Part shown: positions 20,136 through 29,303 of the stretch, one piece after another
Layout of the letters: every line of letters starts with the position of its first letter
Numbering within the stretch: position 1 is the first letter of the stretch
Origin: a virus
Lineage: Duplodnaviria > Caudoviricetes
IMG/VR virus record: IMGVR_UViG_3300037482_000311
Location: 1 to 39,886 of that record
Direction: 5' to 3' (one strand)
DNA: 39,886 bases
Program-made: the position numbers and the translations under genes
Notes under the pieces: model-generated
Databases searched by the model: none
Seen by the model: the letters and a program-made list of their open reading frames with translations, nothing else
Told to the model about the DNA's origin: nothing

Positions 20136-22238
20136 ATGGCTTTAATTGAATTTAGTCAGTTTACCAATGGCAGCGGCCTTCAGATTGGAGACATTGTTGT
20201 TGGTTTACGCGGGGGTGTAAATACCAAATTTACATTCTCTGCCGTCCTATCCGTCACGGGAACCGCCAACCAAATCACCGTATCAGGTACTACCGCCCCC
20301 GTTATCTCCATTGCGGACAATGCTGTTTTGCCTGGGAGTGCGGGGGTAACCTTACCCGATGGTAATACGGCAGCGCGTGCAGGGGGAGCCGGCACAATTC
20401 GATTTAATTCCCAAACCACGGAACTGGAAGCCACGTTGGATGGGGCGACCTGGGTTACCTTGGCGACCACCGGCGGTACCGTATTAAGTGTGTCGGGTAC
20501 TGCCAACCGTATCACTTCGACGGGTGGAGTAAATCCCGTTATTGATATTGCGGCCACCTATGTGGGGCAGACGTCCTTAACTACACTGGGCACGATCACC
20601 ACTGGCACATGGAATGGCACCCTAGTTGCTGGCCAGTATGGTGGCACGGGTGTGGCAAATACCGGAAAAACCATCACCATCGGCGGCAATTTTGCCATGA
20701 TCGGGGCATTTACCTTTGATGGAACATTAACCGGCAATACGGCGGTCACTTTCCCCACTTCAGGAACTTTGGCAACGACCGCAGGGGCCAGCATCCCCGC
20801 CTTGGTTCAAGGGGACACGTTATACGCATCGGCCGCAAACGTTTTGTCTGCCTTAGCAAAGGATGCGAATGCCACCAGATACTTAAGCAATACGGGCGCA
20901 TCCAATAATCCCGCTTGGGCGCAAGTCGACCTGACCAATGGCGTGACGGGTATTCTGCCGGGCGCAAACGGGGGTACTGGGGTTAATAATGGCGCATCCC
21001 TCATTACCGTTGGTGCAAACTTTACGATGTCGGGTGCCTTTACCTTTGTGGGAACCTTGACTGGGGCAACCGCGGTCACCTTTCCAACGTCGGGAACTTT
21101 GGCGACCACAGCAGGGGCAGTCATTCCATCATTGGTGCAGGGTGACATGTTATACGCATCCGCCGCCGACGTTCTGTCCGCCCTAGCCAAAGATGCGAAT
21201 GCCACGCGTTATTTATCAAACACAGGGGCGTCAAACAACCCCGCTTGGGCGCAAGTCGACTTAAGCAACGGGGTAACGGGTTTATTGACCGGAACCAATG
21301 GCGGTACAGGGGTTAATAATGGTGCCAGCACAATAACCATTGGCGGCAACGTCACCTTTTCGGGCGGTTTCACCTTTGCCGGCACCATCACTGGGAATAC
21401 CGCGGTGACCTTTCCTACTTCAGGCACCTTGGCGACGACGGGGGGAGCAGCTATTCCCACCATTGCGCAGGGGGATTTGTTGTATGGGTCAGCCGCAAAC
21501 GTATTGTCTGCCCTGGCAAAAAACGCGAGCGCCACGCGTTACCTCTCCAATACGGGAACCTCAAACGATCCGGCCTGGGCGCAAGTGGATTTAACCAACG
21601 GCGTGACGGGCAATTTGCCTGTTACTAATTTAAATTCAGGCACATCGGCTTCGGCCAGCACTTATTGGCGAGGGGACGGTACATGGGCTGCCGCGGGTGC
21701 TGCCAGTGGAAATTGGGTACTTCTTGCGTCCAATACTTCCTCGGCCAGCGCAATATCAGAATTTAACGGTTACTTTAGCTCCGCATACGATATGTATGTA
21801 TTTGAATTGTGGAATGTCATACCCGCCACGAATGCCGTTGTATTCCAAGCGCAATTGGGAACGGGGCCAACCCCCACTTATGTCACGGCCAACTATGCGT
21901 GGGGTGTATTTGGTGGTGAGCAGGACAGTGGTTATCAGAACTCCATGAGTGCATCGGCCAGCCTAATTCAAATTACAGCCCCTTCAGGCAGGTCATCGGC
22001 CTTGGTAAGCAGTTCATATGGCATATCGGGAACTGTGTATCTTTTTGGAACTAATGGCAGCTCTAATGCGGCGCAAGGCTCTGGGCAGCTTGGGTTTTTC
22101 TCAAGCAGCAGTTATCAGATCGAAGAAATGATCAGTTTCTCGCACGCCGCTGATACATTCACGGCCATTAAATTCTTCTTTTCTAGCGGGAACATAGCAA
22201 GCGGCACAATTAGATTGTATGGCGTTAAAAATACTTAA
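20136..22238 (+). CDS. Tail fibre with three 110-aa repeats
   Basis: G/T/A-rich; GGTG...FPTSGTLAT...QGD repeats; C-terminal [20 protein letters not shown] domain. Confidence 0.85.
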   Translation: MALIEFSQFTNGSGLQIGDIVVGLRGGVNTKFTFSAVLSVTGTANQITVSGTTAPVISIADNAVLPGSAGVTLPDGNTAARAGGAGTIRFNSQTTELEATLDGATWVTLATTGGTVLSVSGTANRITSTGGVNPVIDIAATYVGQTSLTTLGTITTGTWNGTLVAGQYGGTGVANTGKTITIGGNFAMIGAFTFDGTLTGNTAVTFPTSGTLATTAGASIPALVQGDTLYASAANVLSALAKDANATRYLSNTGASNNPAWAQVDLTNGVTGILPGANGGTGVNNGASLITVGANFTMSGAFTFVGTLTGATAVTFPTSGTLATTAGAVIPSLVQGDMLYASAADVLSALAKDANATRYLSNTGASNNPAWAQVDLSNGVTGLLTGTNGGTGVNNGASTITIGGNVTFSGGFTFAGTITGNTAVTFPTSGTLATTGGAAIPTIAQGDLLYGSAANVLSALAKNASATRYLSNTGTSNDPAWAQVDLTNGVTGNLPVTNLNSGTSASASTYWRGDGTWAAAGAASGNWVLLASNTSSASAISEFNGYFSSAYDMYVFELWNVIPATNAVVFQAQLGTGPTPTYVTANYAWGVFGGEQDSGYQNSMSASASLIQITAPSGRSSALVSSSYGISGTVYLFGTNGSSNAAQGSGQLGFFSSSSYQIEEMISFSHAADTFTAIKFFFSSGNIASGTIRLYGVKNT
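20640..21620 (+). repeat. Three diverged 330-nt tandem repeats
   Basis: FPTSGTLAT codons begin at 20751, 21081 and 21411. Confidence 0.92.
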
Positions 22239-22246
22239 GGGATTGT

Positions 22247-22519
22247 ATGGCAAATACCAAAACTGTTAACGGTCAAGAGGTGCCTTTAACCGCACAGGAA
22301 GAGGCTGAGATTGTTGCCAAGGAAGCTTTGTGGGCGCAGCAACAGTCTGATAACAAAAAGGTGGAGTATATCAATAAAAGAATCACCGAATACCCCTCTA
22401 TTCAAGACCAATTAAATGCTTTATGGGATGCCATGGACAAGGGCGAGATCCCGAAAGCAAACGCCTTTTACAATTCAATAAAAGCGGTAAACGACAAACA
22501 CCCTAAACCAGTATTGTGA
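22247..22519 (+). CDS. Tail fibre assembly/chaperone-like protein
   Basis: R..EYPSIQDQL.ALW...IKAV..K.PKP motif directly after the fibre. Confidence 0.7.
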   Translation: MANTKTVNGQEVPLTAQEEAEIVAKEALWAQQQSDNKKVEYINKRITEYPSIQDQLNALWDAMDKGEIPKANAFYNSIKAVNDKHPKPVL

Positions 22520-22544
22520 TTTTTAACAAGGAAGGAAACAGAAT

Positions 22545-23960
22545 ATGATTGAGAATATTACAACGGAAGTAGCAGGATTGGTTGGGGTTCTGCCCAAGAT
22601 TATTTATATCGAAACCAACAACACGATTGCCGAAGTCATTGCCACAGGATTTTTAAACAAGGCCGTCAAGCAAGGGTATTCGTTCTCTGAATACGACATG
22701 GCTTTGGTGTCCACCAAACTGACTCCGAGCGATTCAGCGACTCAATTGGCCTGGTTTCAGATCGACATTTCTGGATCCAATACCTCTTTAGTCTCACCGA
22801 GTGGCCCCGGATCGGTAACGCTTCCTACCATCACCAACCATATCGCGACATACACCAATACAGCAGGTGCCTTGGGTGAAGATGCGGCCACCGCAATCAA
22901 TGGCGGCAATATCCAAGCAGGGTTAAGTGGTACGGCGGGTTACTTGGCTTCATTCCCTGCCACGGCTGCCAGGGGTTCATTGCGTTTAACCGCCGTAGCA
23001 AATACCGGTGATACATTGGTAACCATCTCCAACGCCGCACACGGTCAGGCATCCGTTTATTCAATCCCTGACGGCGGTGGCGCGACTGCCAACTTTATCA
23101 TCTCCCGACTAACAGGAACCCAGCATATTACCGTTGGTGCATTCCAAGTTGATGCCGGCATTATCTCTTCGGGCATCTCAACGGGCGGTACAGCGGGCGG
23201 TTTATGGTTGTATCCTGCCACAACGACGACCGGGTCATTGAGAATTGTGCCGGTCGGTAACGTGGGTAACTTTGCGACCACCATCAGCGACATCGCAGGT
23301 CTAGGACAGGCACAAGTTATCACCATCCCTGATTCGGGAGCCGCAACCGCCAATTTCATTCTTTCTGGGTCTGGTGGTACACAACACATTACTACCGGCG
23401 CATTTCAAGTGGATGCTGGCGTCATTTCTTCGGGGATATCTACCGGTGGCACGGCGGGTGGTTTTATCGCCTATCCTGCCACGGCCTCGAACGGCTCTTT
23501 GCGACTGGTTCCTGTTGGTAATGCGGGGGATTTTGCGGTCAGTATCAGCGATATAGCCACTCAAGGCCAAGCAACCGTTATGACCATTCCTGACGTTGCC
23601 GCTGCAACCGGGGAGTTTGTTGTTAAGACTGCCGCATTTGTCAGTGGTAATTTGATCGAGGCATCAGGAACCGCCGGACTGACGGTTGATTCTGGGGTCG
23701 CCACAACTGCCCTGCAATTAAAGGCCCAAGTGGTTGCACAGCAAAGTGCGGATATCGGGGGATCAGGTGCTGGCCCAATTGATATTGCGGTTGTTGGAGC
23801 GACGACAGCCAGTGTTGCGGTGGCATCCGTCTTGTCTTCGAGTAATGCTGCCTCCATTCTAACAGTGGTGCCGGGCGTGGACAAAATCTCTGTCACGTTC
23901 ACTGCCGATCCAGGCGCAGCAGCGGTGATCAATTATGTTGTTTACTACGCAGCCCAGTAG
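22545..23960 (+). CDS. Second fibre-like structural protein with ~87-aa repeats
   Basis: TQHIT.GAFQVDAG repeats at 23121 and 23382 (261 nt apart), plus a more diverged first copy. Confidence 0.7.
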   Translation: MIENITTEVAGLVGVLPKIIYIETNNTIAEVIATGFLNKAVKQGYSFSEYDMALVSTKLTPSDSATQLAWFQIDISGSNTSLVSPSGPGSVTLPTITNHIATYTNTAGALGEDAATAINGGNIQAGLSGTAGYLASFPATAARGSLRLTAVANTGDTLVTISNAAHGQASVYSIPDGGGATANFIISRLTGTQHITVGAFQVDAGIISSGISTGGTAGGLWLYPATTTTGSLRIVPVGNVGNFATTISDIAGLGQAQVITIPDSGAATANFILSGSGGTQHITTGAFQVDAGVISSGISTGGTAGGFIAYPATASNGSLRLVPVGNAGDFAVSISDIATQGQATVMTIPDVAAATGEFVVKTAAFVSGNLIEASGTAGLTVDSGVATTALQLKAQVVAQQSADIGGSGAGPIDIAVVGATTASVAVASVLSSSNAASILTVVPGVDKISVTFTADPGAAAVINYVVYYAAQ

Positions 23961-23999
23961 TAAAGTGTATATACATTGAAGTAAATTAGGAGCAAAGGA

Positions 24000-24176
24000 A
24001 TGTTAGATAAAGCCCACTTTGAGAAAAGAATCGATGAGATCAAAAAGTCCATGGAACAAGGCGTCGCACAACAAAACGCTTTGTTAGGACATTTGGCCGA
24101 AGCGCAGTTTCATTTAAATGAGATGTTAGCGAAGGAGCCAAAAGAAGAGGAAGAAGGAATGGAACATGCCCCTTAA
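24000..24176 (+). CDS. Small coiled-coil protein (58 aa, not in ORF track)
   Basis: MLDKAHFEKRIDEIKKS...EHAP after AGGAG/AAGGA. Confidence 0.65.
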   Translation: MLDKAHFEKRIDEIKKSMEQGVAQQNALLGHLAEAQFHLNEMLAKEPKEEEEGMEHAP

Positions 24177-24318
24177 ACCAGGCAAAAGTCGAAAAATCAT
24201 TTCGGACAACGTGCGCCGTGAGTTAAAGGCGCACCCCGAGATGAAGCCAAAGCAAGCGGTGGCCATTTCGCTTTCGGTGGCTAAAAAGTCTAAGAAAAAA
24301 GGGAACAAATCAAAGTAG
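24166..24318 (+). CDS. Small basic phage protein (50 aa)
   Basis: MPLKPGKSRKIISDNVRREL...KQAVAISLS, a familiar small phage protein pattern. Confidence 0.75.
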   Translation: MPLKPGKSRKIISDNVRRELKAHPEMKPKQAVAISLSVAKKSKKKGNKSK

Positions 24319-24328
24319 GGAGACAGCA

Positions 24329-24493
24329 ATGTCAATGAGCAAAGGAAAGTCCATGCCAGCCAAACCGAAAGGAAGCGCCGGCCCAAAAATGAAATTAGAA
24401 AACGTATCATCCAAAGGCGGTGCCATGCCACGAATGAAGTTCGCCACCGAAAAGGGCGGCCCAAGTGGTCACATGTCCGGGAAGATGTGTTAA
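24329..24493 (+). CDS. Small K/G/M-rich peptide (54 aa)
   Basis: GGGAG RBS; MSMSKGKSMPAKPKG...KMC. Confidence 0.55.
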   Translation: MSMSKGKSMPAKPKGSAGPKMKLENVSSKGGAMPRMKFATEKGGPSGHMSGKMC

Positions 24494-24497
24494 TTAA

Positions 24498-24965
24498 GTG
24501 ACTGATGTTCCACGTGGAACATTCGCCGAAATCATTGTTCCATTCCCGCTCAGCGGTAATCGGTACTGGCGGGTTTGGAACAAAAAGATTATCAAGTCAT
24601 TGGATGCCAAGATATACATCAATACCGTATGCTTAGCGACGTTGAAATGGCGGAGAAAGTTTTGGGAAGGTCGATTATTCGAGCATGTGGAGTTTTATGC
24701 GCCGGATGATAAGGCCAGGGACTTAGATAATTACGTTAAAATATTAAATGACTCTTTGGAAGCCTCGCAAGTTTTCCAGAATGACTCACAAATTGATACA
24801 ATGCTCCTTGATAGAAGAGAGATGCGCAATCCCGGTTGCGCAATTGTAAGACTCATGGAACTCAAGGATAAAGAATGGTATCTTCAAAACAATTACGCGA
24901 ACTCGTCATCCAACCCGCCCTGCACTCCATCGGACTGTGGTCTCAGCAAGCCGAAAATCTGTTAG
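24498..24965 (+). CDS. rusA: RusA family Holliday junction resolvase
   Basis: PFPLSGNRYWR...PDDKARDLDNYVK...DSL...FQNDSQID. Confidence 0.88.
   Translation: MTDVPRGTFAEIIVPFPLSGNRYWRVWNKKIIKSLDAKIYINTVCLATLKWRRKFWEGRLFEHVEFYAPDDKARDLDNYVKILNDSLEASQVFQNDSQIDTMLLDRREMRNPGCAIVRLMELKDKEWYLQNNYANSSSNPPCTPSDCGLSKPKIC
24506..24521. promoter_or_regulatory. parS palindrome
   Basis: TGTTCCACGTGGAACA, a perfect palindrome matching the bacterial chromosomal parS consensus. Confidence 0.8.
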
Positions 24966-25375
24966 TTATGGTGGCAGCACACGAATCCAATGGCGGGGAT
25001 TATGTCGCCCAGATAAATGGCCCGGCGGTGGGGATCTACCAAATGGAGCCGGCTGCGTATAACGCTTTATGGTCAAGGGTATTACGTGGAAATATCGACA
25101 AATACGTTATTTTGGGTAGCAAGATATTGTTCGCCTGTCACTTCCTGGCAAAGCCCGATGCGACAGAAATGATTTGGAACATGAAGTATGCAAGCATGAT
25201 GGCCCGCGCGTTCTTTTTGCCCAACAGAGAACCCATTCCCACCGACATTGAAGAGCTTTCGCGGTATGCAAAAAAGTACTGGAATACTGAGGCAGGAAAA
25301 GCCACTCCCGAAAAATACCTGGGTGCGTATTACCGCATGGAAGGCATTAAATCCGGCTCACCAATTAACAGATAA
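24875..25375 (+). CDS. Lysozyme/transglycosylase-like protein (putative endolysin)
   Basis: AAHES catalytic Glu, GPAVGIYQMEP, KKYWNTEAGKAT. Confidence 0.7.
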   Translation: MVSSKQLRELVIQPALHSIGLWSQQAENLLVMVAAHESNGGDYVAQINGPAVGIYQMEPAAYNALWSRVLRGNIDKYVILGSKILFACHFLAKPDATEMIWNMKYASMMARAFFLPNREPIPTDIEELSRYAKKYWNTEAGKATPEKYLGAYYRMEGIKSGSPINR

Positions 25376-25403
25376 AAATCGGTTTTATAGGTTTTGCCGG
25401 TTT

Positions 25404-25568
25404 TTATTTCTTCTCAGGAGTAAGATCGATCGAATCTTTTGGTAACCCCATTTGGTTTTCCATGATGCGTTCGGCGACTTGCTCCACGGGATTATCGGCC
25501 TTCTTTGTAACTAAATACGATCCGACGCCCACTAGAGTACATAACAAGATGATGATAGCAGCCGTCAT
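25404..25568 (-). CDS. Small N-terminally anchored membrane protein (54 aa)
   Basis: MTAAIIILLCTLVGVGSYLV..DNPVEQVAE...IDLTP; ATGA overlap with the upstream ORF. Confidence 0.65.
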   Translation of the reverse strand: MTAAIIILLCTLVGVGSYLVTKKADNPVEQVAERIMENQMGLPKDSIDLTPEKK

Positions 25569-25702
25569 TTCCGTTTCATCTCTTTATGAACTTTCTTGTC
25601 CGATTTAACGAGCTTCTTTAACATCTTCATTTCTTTTGCTTCGTCCTTGGCCATTTTCTTAAACGACTTAGCCTCTTTTGCGTCGCTGGATTTCTTTTTC
25701 AT
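25565..25702 (-). CDS. Lys-rich small protein (45 aa)
   Basis: GAGGA RBS; MKKKSSDAKEAKSFKKMAKDE... Confidence 0.6.
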   Translation of the reverse strand: MKKKSSDAKEAKSFKKMAKDEAKEMKMLKKLVKSDKKVHKEMKRK

Positions 25703-25711
25703 GTCTCGTCC

Positions 25712-26068
25712 TCAATGTTTGATGAACTGCTTACTGGCATCCTTGGTTGCCTCTATCATGGTGTCGGTGTGTTTTCTGATTTCTTCAACCAAAAGCCAGG
25801 CGTGTGTTCTTATTATATCTGGTAATAACGCATCTAGCTCAGATTTGAGGACGTCTTGTGCCGGCATCATAATATTTGGATCTCCCCTGAACAGCTTCTG
25901 CATGTCATTGATCCGGCTATCGAAATGTTTTTTGGCATATTCCTTGAACTTGCACATAATTTGCACGAATAACTCATGATTTTGTTCGGCAAACTGCGTA
26001 TAAATACAATCGTTTCTCATTTCGGTAAAAAACTCTGTTAACATCTCGTCTTTGTTATCCATTTCCAT
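25712..26068 (-). CDS. Hypothetical protein
   Basis: 118 aa, AAGGA RBS, in the leftward operon. Confidence 0.7.
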   Translation of the reverse strand: MEMDNKDEMLTEFFTEMRNDCIYTQFAEQNHELFVQIMCKFKEYAKKHFDSRINDMQKLFRGDPNIMMPAQDVLKSELDALLPDIIRTHAWLLVEEIRKHTDTMIEATKDASKQFIKH

Positions 26069-26077
26069 GTCCTTTTG

Positions 26078-26242
26078 TTAAAAAAATAACTTGATTGCGC
26101 CAATTGCCACGGCAACGATTGTGCCGGCACACCAATACATTATCTGGTCTAACTTTCTATTGATCTCCTGTGTTTGTTTATACAAGTCTTCAATCATTTC
26201 GGTTACATCAATTTCTACGGCGTAATCTTTGGGTGGGTGCAT
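26078..26242 (-). CDS. Small coiled-coil protein with C-terminal TM helix (54 aa)
   Basis: MHPPKDYAVE...RKLDQIMYWCAGTIVAVAIGAIKLFF; AAGGA RBS. Confidence 0.65.
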   Translation of the reverse strand: MHPPKDYAVEIDVTEMIEDLYKQTQEINRKLDQIMYWCAGTIVAVAIGAIKLFF

Positions 26243-26263
26243 GTCACGTCCTTGTGATTGGAT

Positions 26264-27094
26264 TTAAGCTTCTTTTGGCAATTCTGCGGATTGTGCGGAT
26301 TCTGCGTTATCAAAAACCTGGTTTATCTCAAGTGCCTGGGTTTTCGTTTTGCGCTTAATCGTTTTATCCAAAGACCGGCACACTTCCACCCACTGGTTCT
26401 CAGTGATCAGATCGGGTGACTCGACCTTGCAGTGCGCCAAGATTTTGTCCATCGGTTTATCGGCCTGTGCTGCCTTGTCAAAAAGAATTTGAATTTTCTC
26501 TTCACTAATGGTGGTTGGCGACACGGCGGAAGCCTCGATGGTGAATGCGCTGGACTCACTAAAGTCGGCCCTGGGCATGTCCATGGCCTCTTCGCGAATA
26601 ATGATCCCACGCAACACGTCGGGGAAGGTGTCTCTTAATGCGAACCCCCTGGCCCTCATTTGAAGCATACGTTTTGGGTAAGTCTTCCACGGCCCCCCTT
26701 TTCCGCCAAGGCCAGCAACTTGCGCGTCCTTCATGGAGAAAGTGCGCACCACTTCCGGCTCGTCACGACGTTTTGCCTTACACGTGGCCACCATGTTTGC
26801 CTCATCCAGGGTTTCGTCGACATATTCAAAGTCATGCGCCTGGCGACATACCGCAAGCATCGCGTCCCCCCACAGGGAGGGTCTGCCTTGTATGACGGCA
26901 ATGTTTTGCAAGGCCTGCATCGGCTTTAGCCCCAGTTCCTGCCCCATTTGCATGGCCACCAAAACATCCGCCGGTCTTTTTGCGTAATTGGCGGGACATA
27001 AACTGCTGTTGGCAATTAACTCACTGCACCGAACGGCTTCTTCGAATGTGTTGGTGGTTAAAAATCCCTGACTGCTAACTATTTCGTTTCTCAT
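26264..27094 (-). CDS. RecT/Bet-like single-strand annealing protein
   Basis: GQELGLKPMQALQNIAVIQGRPSLWGDAM...WKTYPKRMLQMRARGFALRD; adjacent to the exonuclease. Confidence 0.85.
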   Translation of the reverse strand: MRNEIVSSQGFLTTNTFEEAVRCSELIANSSLCPANYAKRPADVLVAMQMGQELGLKPMQALQNIAVIQGRPSLWGDAMLAVCRQAHDFEYVDETLDEANMVATCKAKRRDEPEVVRTFSMKDAQVAGLGGKGGPWKTYPKRMLQMRARGFALRDTFPDVLRGIIIREEAMDMPRADFSESSAFTIEASAVSPTTISEEKIQILFDKAAQADKPMDKILAHCKVESPDLITENQWVEVCRSLDKTIKRKTKTQALEINQVFDNAESAQSAELPKEA

Positions 27095-27900
27095 ACATCT
27101 TTCTCCATGGCCCATGCGGGTAAACTAATCAATTGAAATTGGGTCTCATATCCTGGCCAATTGTTGGTTTGCATGCATTCGTTGTATATCAACGAAGCAT
27201 CTTGATATTCACGTCGGCCTTGGTTCAAATACATCTCGTCTAGTGTATAACAAGCGGTCAGGTATGGGGCCCTTTTTTCGACGACAAAGTATGCGAACAG
27301 GCGTTCAATCCCATCGACTGACTTTAATCCATCGACTTGCATGGCAGCTTGGCGATGATACCCGTAGCTCATGATCGAGCGGGGGAAGTTTTTTATCGAT
27401 TCGGTCGTCTTGATGTCGATCACAATCCGGTCATTGAAGAAATCGGGTCTTGAACGTAATCGGGTACCAAAAAGGGGACAATCCCAGTAAATCGACTGTT
27501 CGGCTTTGCCGGGGCCTATTTTCGCCCACACGGGATGTTTTTTGATGGCTTGGGATATGTCGATGATTTCCTGCATCTCGTCATGACGGATAACCTGGCG
27601 CGTTCCAGCAGCGGTTTTCGCATCAGCGTATGCCTTGCGTCCGGCAGTCGTGCGCAAATCGACGGCATCTTGCATGGAATAGAAGGTTTTGTCGAATTTG
27701 TCTGGCTCCAATGCTGCCATATGGACGGCTCTACCAATGGTATAAGCTTTGTTGTCCTTGGCCGGCACATCTCGATTTGTGTACTCATGCTTGTATCTGG
27801 CAGGGCAGTCGAGGATTAACGATACCCCCGTCGAGCTGATCCCCTCTTCGGCGTGGTACTCATCGATGTCGATGTCTGCGTATATTCCTGGCGCTCTCAT
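27091..27900 (-). CDS. RecE/exonuclease VIII-like PD-(D/E)XK nuclease
   Basis: YHA..GISST...GRAVH...RSRPD...DIKTT...YGYHRQAA...FVVEK.APY. Confidence 0.9.
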   Translation of the reverse strand: MRAPGIYADIDIDEYHAEEGISSTGVSLILDCPARYKHEYTNRDVPAKDNKAYTIGRAVHMAALEPDKFDKTFYSMQDAVDLRTTAGRKAYADAKTAAGTRQVIRHDEMQEIIDISQAIKKHPVWAKIGPGKAEQSIYWDCPLFGTRLRSRPDFFNDRIVIDIKTTESIKNFPRSIMSYGYHRQAAMQVDGLKSVDGIERLFAYFVVEKRAPYLTACYTLDEMYLNQGRREYQDASLIYNECMQTNNWPGYETQFQLISLPAWAMEKDV

Positions 27901-28112
27901 TTGTTATCCCTCAGCATTTGCAACACATGTCGGTTAATCAACCAACAAACTTCGTCACGCAAATTATCAATATCCTCATCTTCCAATTTAATGCCCAAAA
28001 CTTCCAGAACCCCATGAATGCCAAGTCTTACACCATGCTGCGCTTCACTGGCTCCATCAAGGAACAGTCCCATATCATCTACACTGCTTATTTTCTTCAT
28101 TTTCGTCTCCAT
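27897..28112 (-). CDS. Hypothetical protein
   Basis: First gene of the leftward operon; ATGA overlap with the recE-like gene. Confidence 0.65.
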   Translation of the reverse strand: METKMKKISSVDDMGLFLDGASEAQHGVRLGIHGVLEVLGIKLEDEDIDNLRDEVCWLINRHVLQMLRDNK

Positions 28113-28148
28113 GTTGCGTTCGTAATGTTTTTGTTGTATTATTCCCCT

Positions 28149-28176
28149 ATATTACATGAATTATGTTTATTGTCAA
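28149..28176 (-). promoter_or_regulatory. Leftward sigma70-like promoter
   Basis: TTGACA-16-TAATAT on the minus strand in the divergent gap. Confidence 0.6.
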
Positions 28177-28193
28177 CAACTGGATGAAATAAA

Positions 28194-28367
28194 ATGGAAG
28201 AAAAAAAAGCCAAACACGATTATTACCGCACGCAAATATTATTGCCAAAAAGTATCCGACAGGTCTTAGAGAATGAGGCGAACAAAAACGGATTGACACC
28301 AGGGGTGTTTATGCGCATGCTGGTTATGCAGGATTTGCACAAGAAGAAGTTGATCAAAGATCAATAA
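28194..28367 (+). CDS. Ribbon-helix-helix regulator (57 aa, not in ORF track)
   Basis: RTQILLPKSIRQVLENEANKNGLTPGVFMRMLV is an Arc/CopG-type pattern. Confidence 0.65.
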   Translation: MEEKKAKHDYYRTQILLPKSIRQVLENEANKNGLTPGVFMRMLVMQDLHKKKLIKDQ

Positions 28368-28371
28368 AAAA

Positions 28372-28408
28372 CCCGCGCACTTCATGTGTGGATGGGGAAA
28401 GTGCGCGG
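28372..28408 (-). terminator. Hairpin / possible antisense terminator
   Basis: CCGCGCACTT...AAGTGCGCGG preceded by an A-run. Confidence 0.5.
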
Positions 28409-28461
28409 TAAAGTCTCATTACGAACTTGCCAATAGTACCACCACCACACGGAGAAGTCAC

Positions 28462-28761
28462 ATGGAAAGAGACAAAAGTGAAGCAATGTTTTTATTAAAT
28501 ACGATTTGGGATAGCCAGGTCACCAATTTGAACGCCTCTGAGGTGTCCGTATTGACCTGTATCGCCAAGAATGCCACGGTGCCAGGACAGAGTATACCGG
28601 CATCACGAAACAAACTTGTCGACCAAACTAGACTGGCCAAAACAACGGTTGATCGGTGTTTGTCTCAAGTAATCAAAAGAGGGTATTTGTCACGGGCTAA
28701 GCCGTCCGACCACATTAAGCCGTCCGAATACCTTATAAACGTGAAGAAATTTATTATTTAA
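28462..28761 (+). CDS. Winged-HTH protein
   Basis: LNASEVSVL...SRNKLVDQTRLAKTTVDRCLSQVIKRGYL; GGAG RBS. Confidence 0.7.
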   Translation: MERDKSEAMFLLNTIWDSQVTNLNASEVSVLTCIAKNATVPGQSIPASRNKLVDQTRLAKTTVDRCLSQVIKRGYLSRAKPSDHIKPSEYLINVKKFII

Positions 28762-28773
28762 CATGGAGAAATA

Positions 28774-29109
28774 ATGTCAAAAGATAGCGATGATGAGATA
28801 AAAACGTACAAATCCGTCTGTTACGGGGTTCTTAATGTTTTACTATATGGCGATCTTTCTTGGCGAGATAAGGCCATTTTAATGCTGTGCGGTTACGATA
28901 ACCGTTTTCATTCTCAAAAAGCCATACAGGCGCTGGGGAGAGATGGTAGTTGTAGCGTTAGAAACTCGATTTATAACCTTACTGAAGAAGGGTATTTGAT
29001 TAGAAAAGAGGTGTTCACCACAGACGAGGCCGGAAATAAGGTTGGTGAATGGAAAAACATACTGTCTGATAAGGCGCATGATCTTCTTTTTCCCGACCTT
29101 TCGGATTGA
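28774..29109 (+). CDS. HTH protein
   Basis: DLSWRDKAIL...RDG..SVRNSIYNLTEEGYLIR. Confidence 0.65.
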   Translation: MSKDSDDEIKTYKSVCYGVLNVLLYGDLSWRDKAILMLCGYDNRFHSQKAIQALGRDGSCSVRNSIYNLTEEGYLIRKEVFTTDEAGNKVGEWKNILSDKAHDLLFPDLSD

Positions 29110-29303
29110 TCGACAGCGAATCCGGGCGTAAACTGTTCGGAAGTCTAAAAGAAAAAGGGCCACCGAAGCGACCCGTCAATTTTGAACAATTGCAGGTTAC
29201 AATTCTTTTAGACAAAAAGCAAGGGGTTAACCGAACTTTTTGTCGGATGACTCCCTTGATGGAATGTTAGTTACTTAACCAATTCATTAAGGAAGACATA
29301 GGA

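Noticed and set aside
20640-21620. Fibre repeats as a DGR template/variable pair
   Set aside because: No reverse transcriptase is present, and differences are mostly synonymous rather than adenine-specific.
20180-23932. Many minus-strand ORFs over the fibre genes
   Set aside because: Shadow frames of G/T/A-rich coding sequence.
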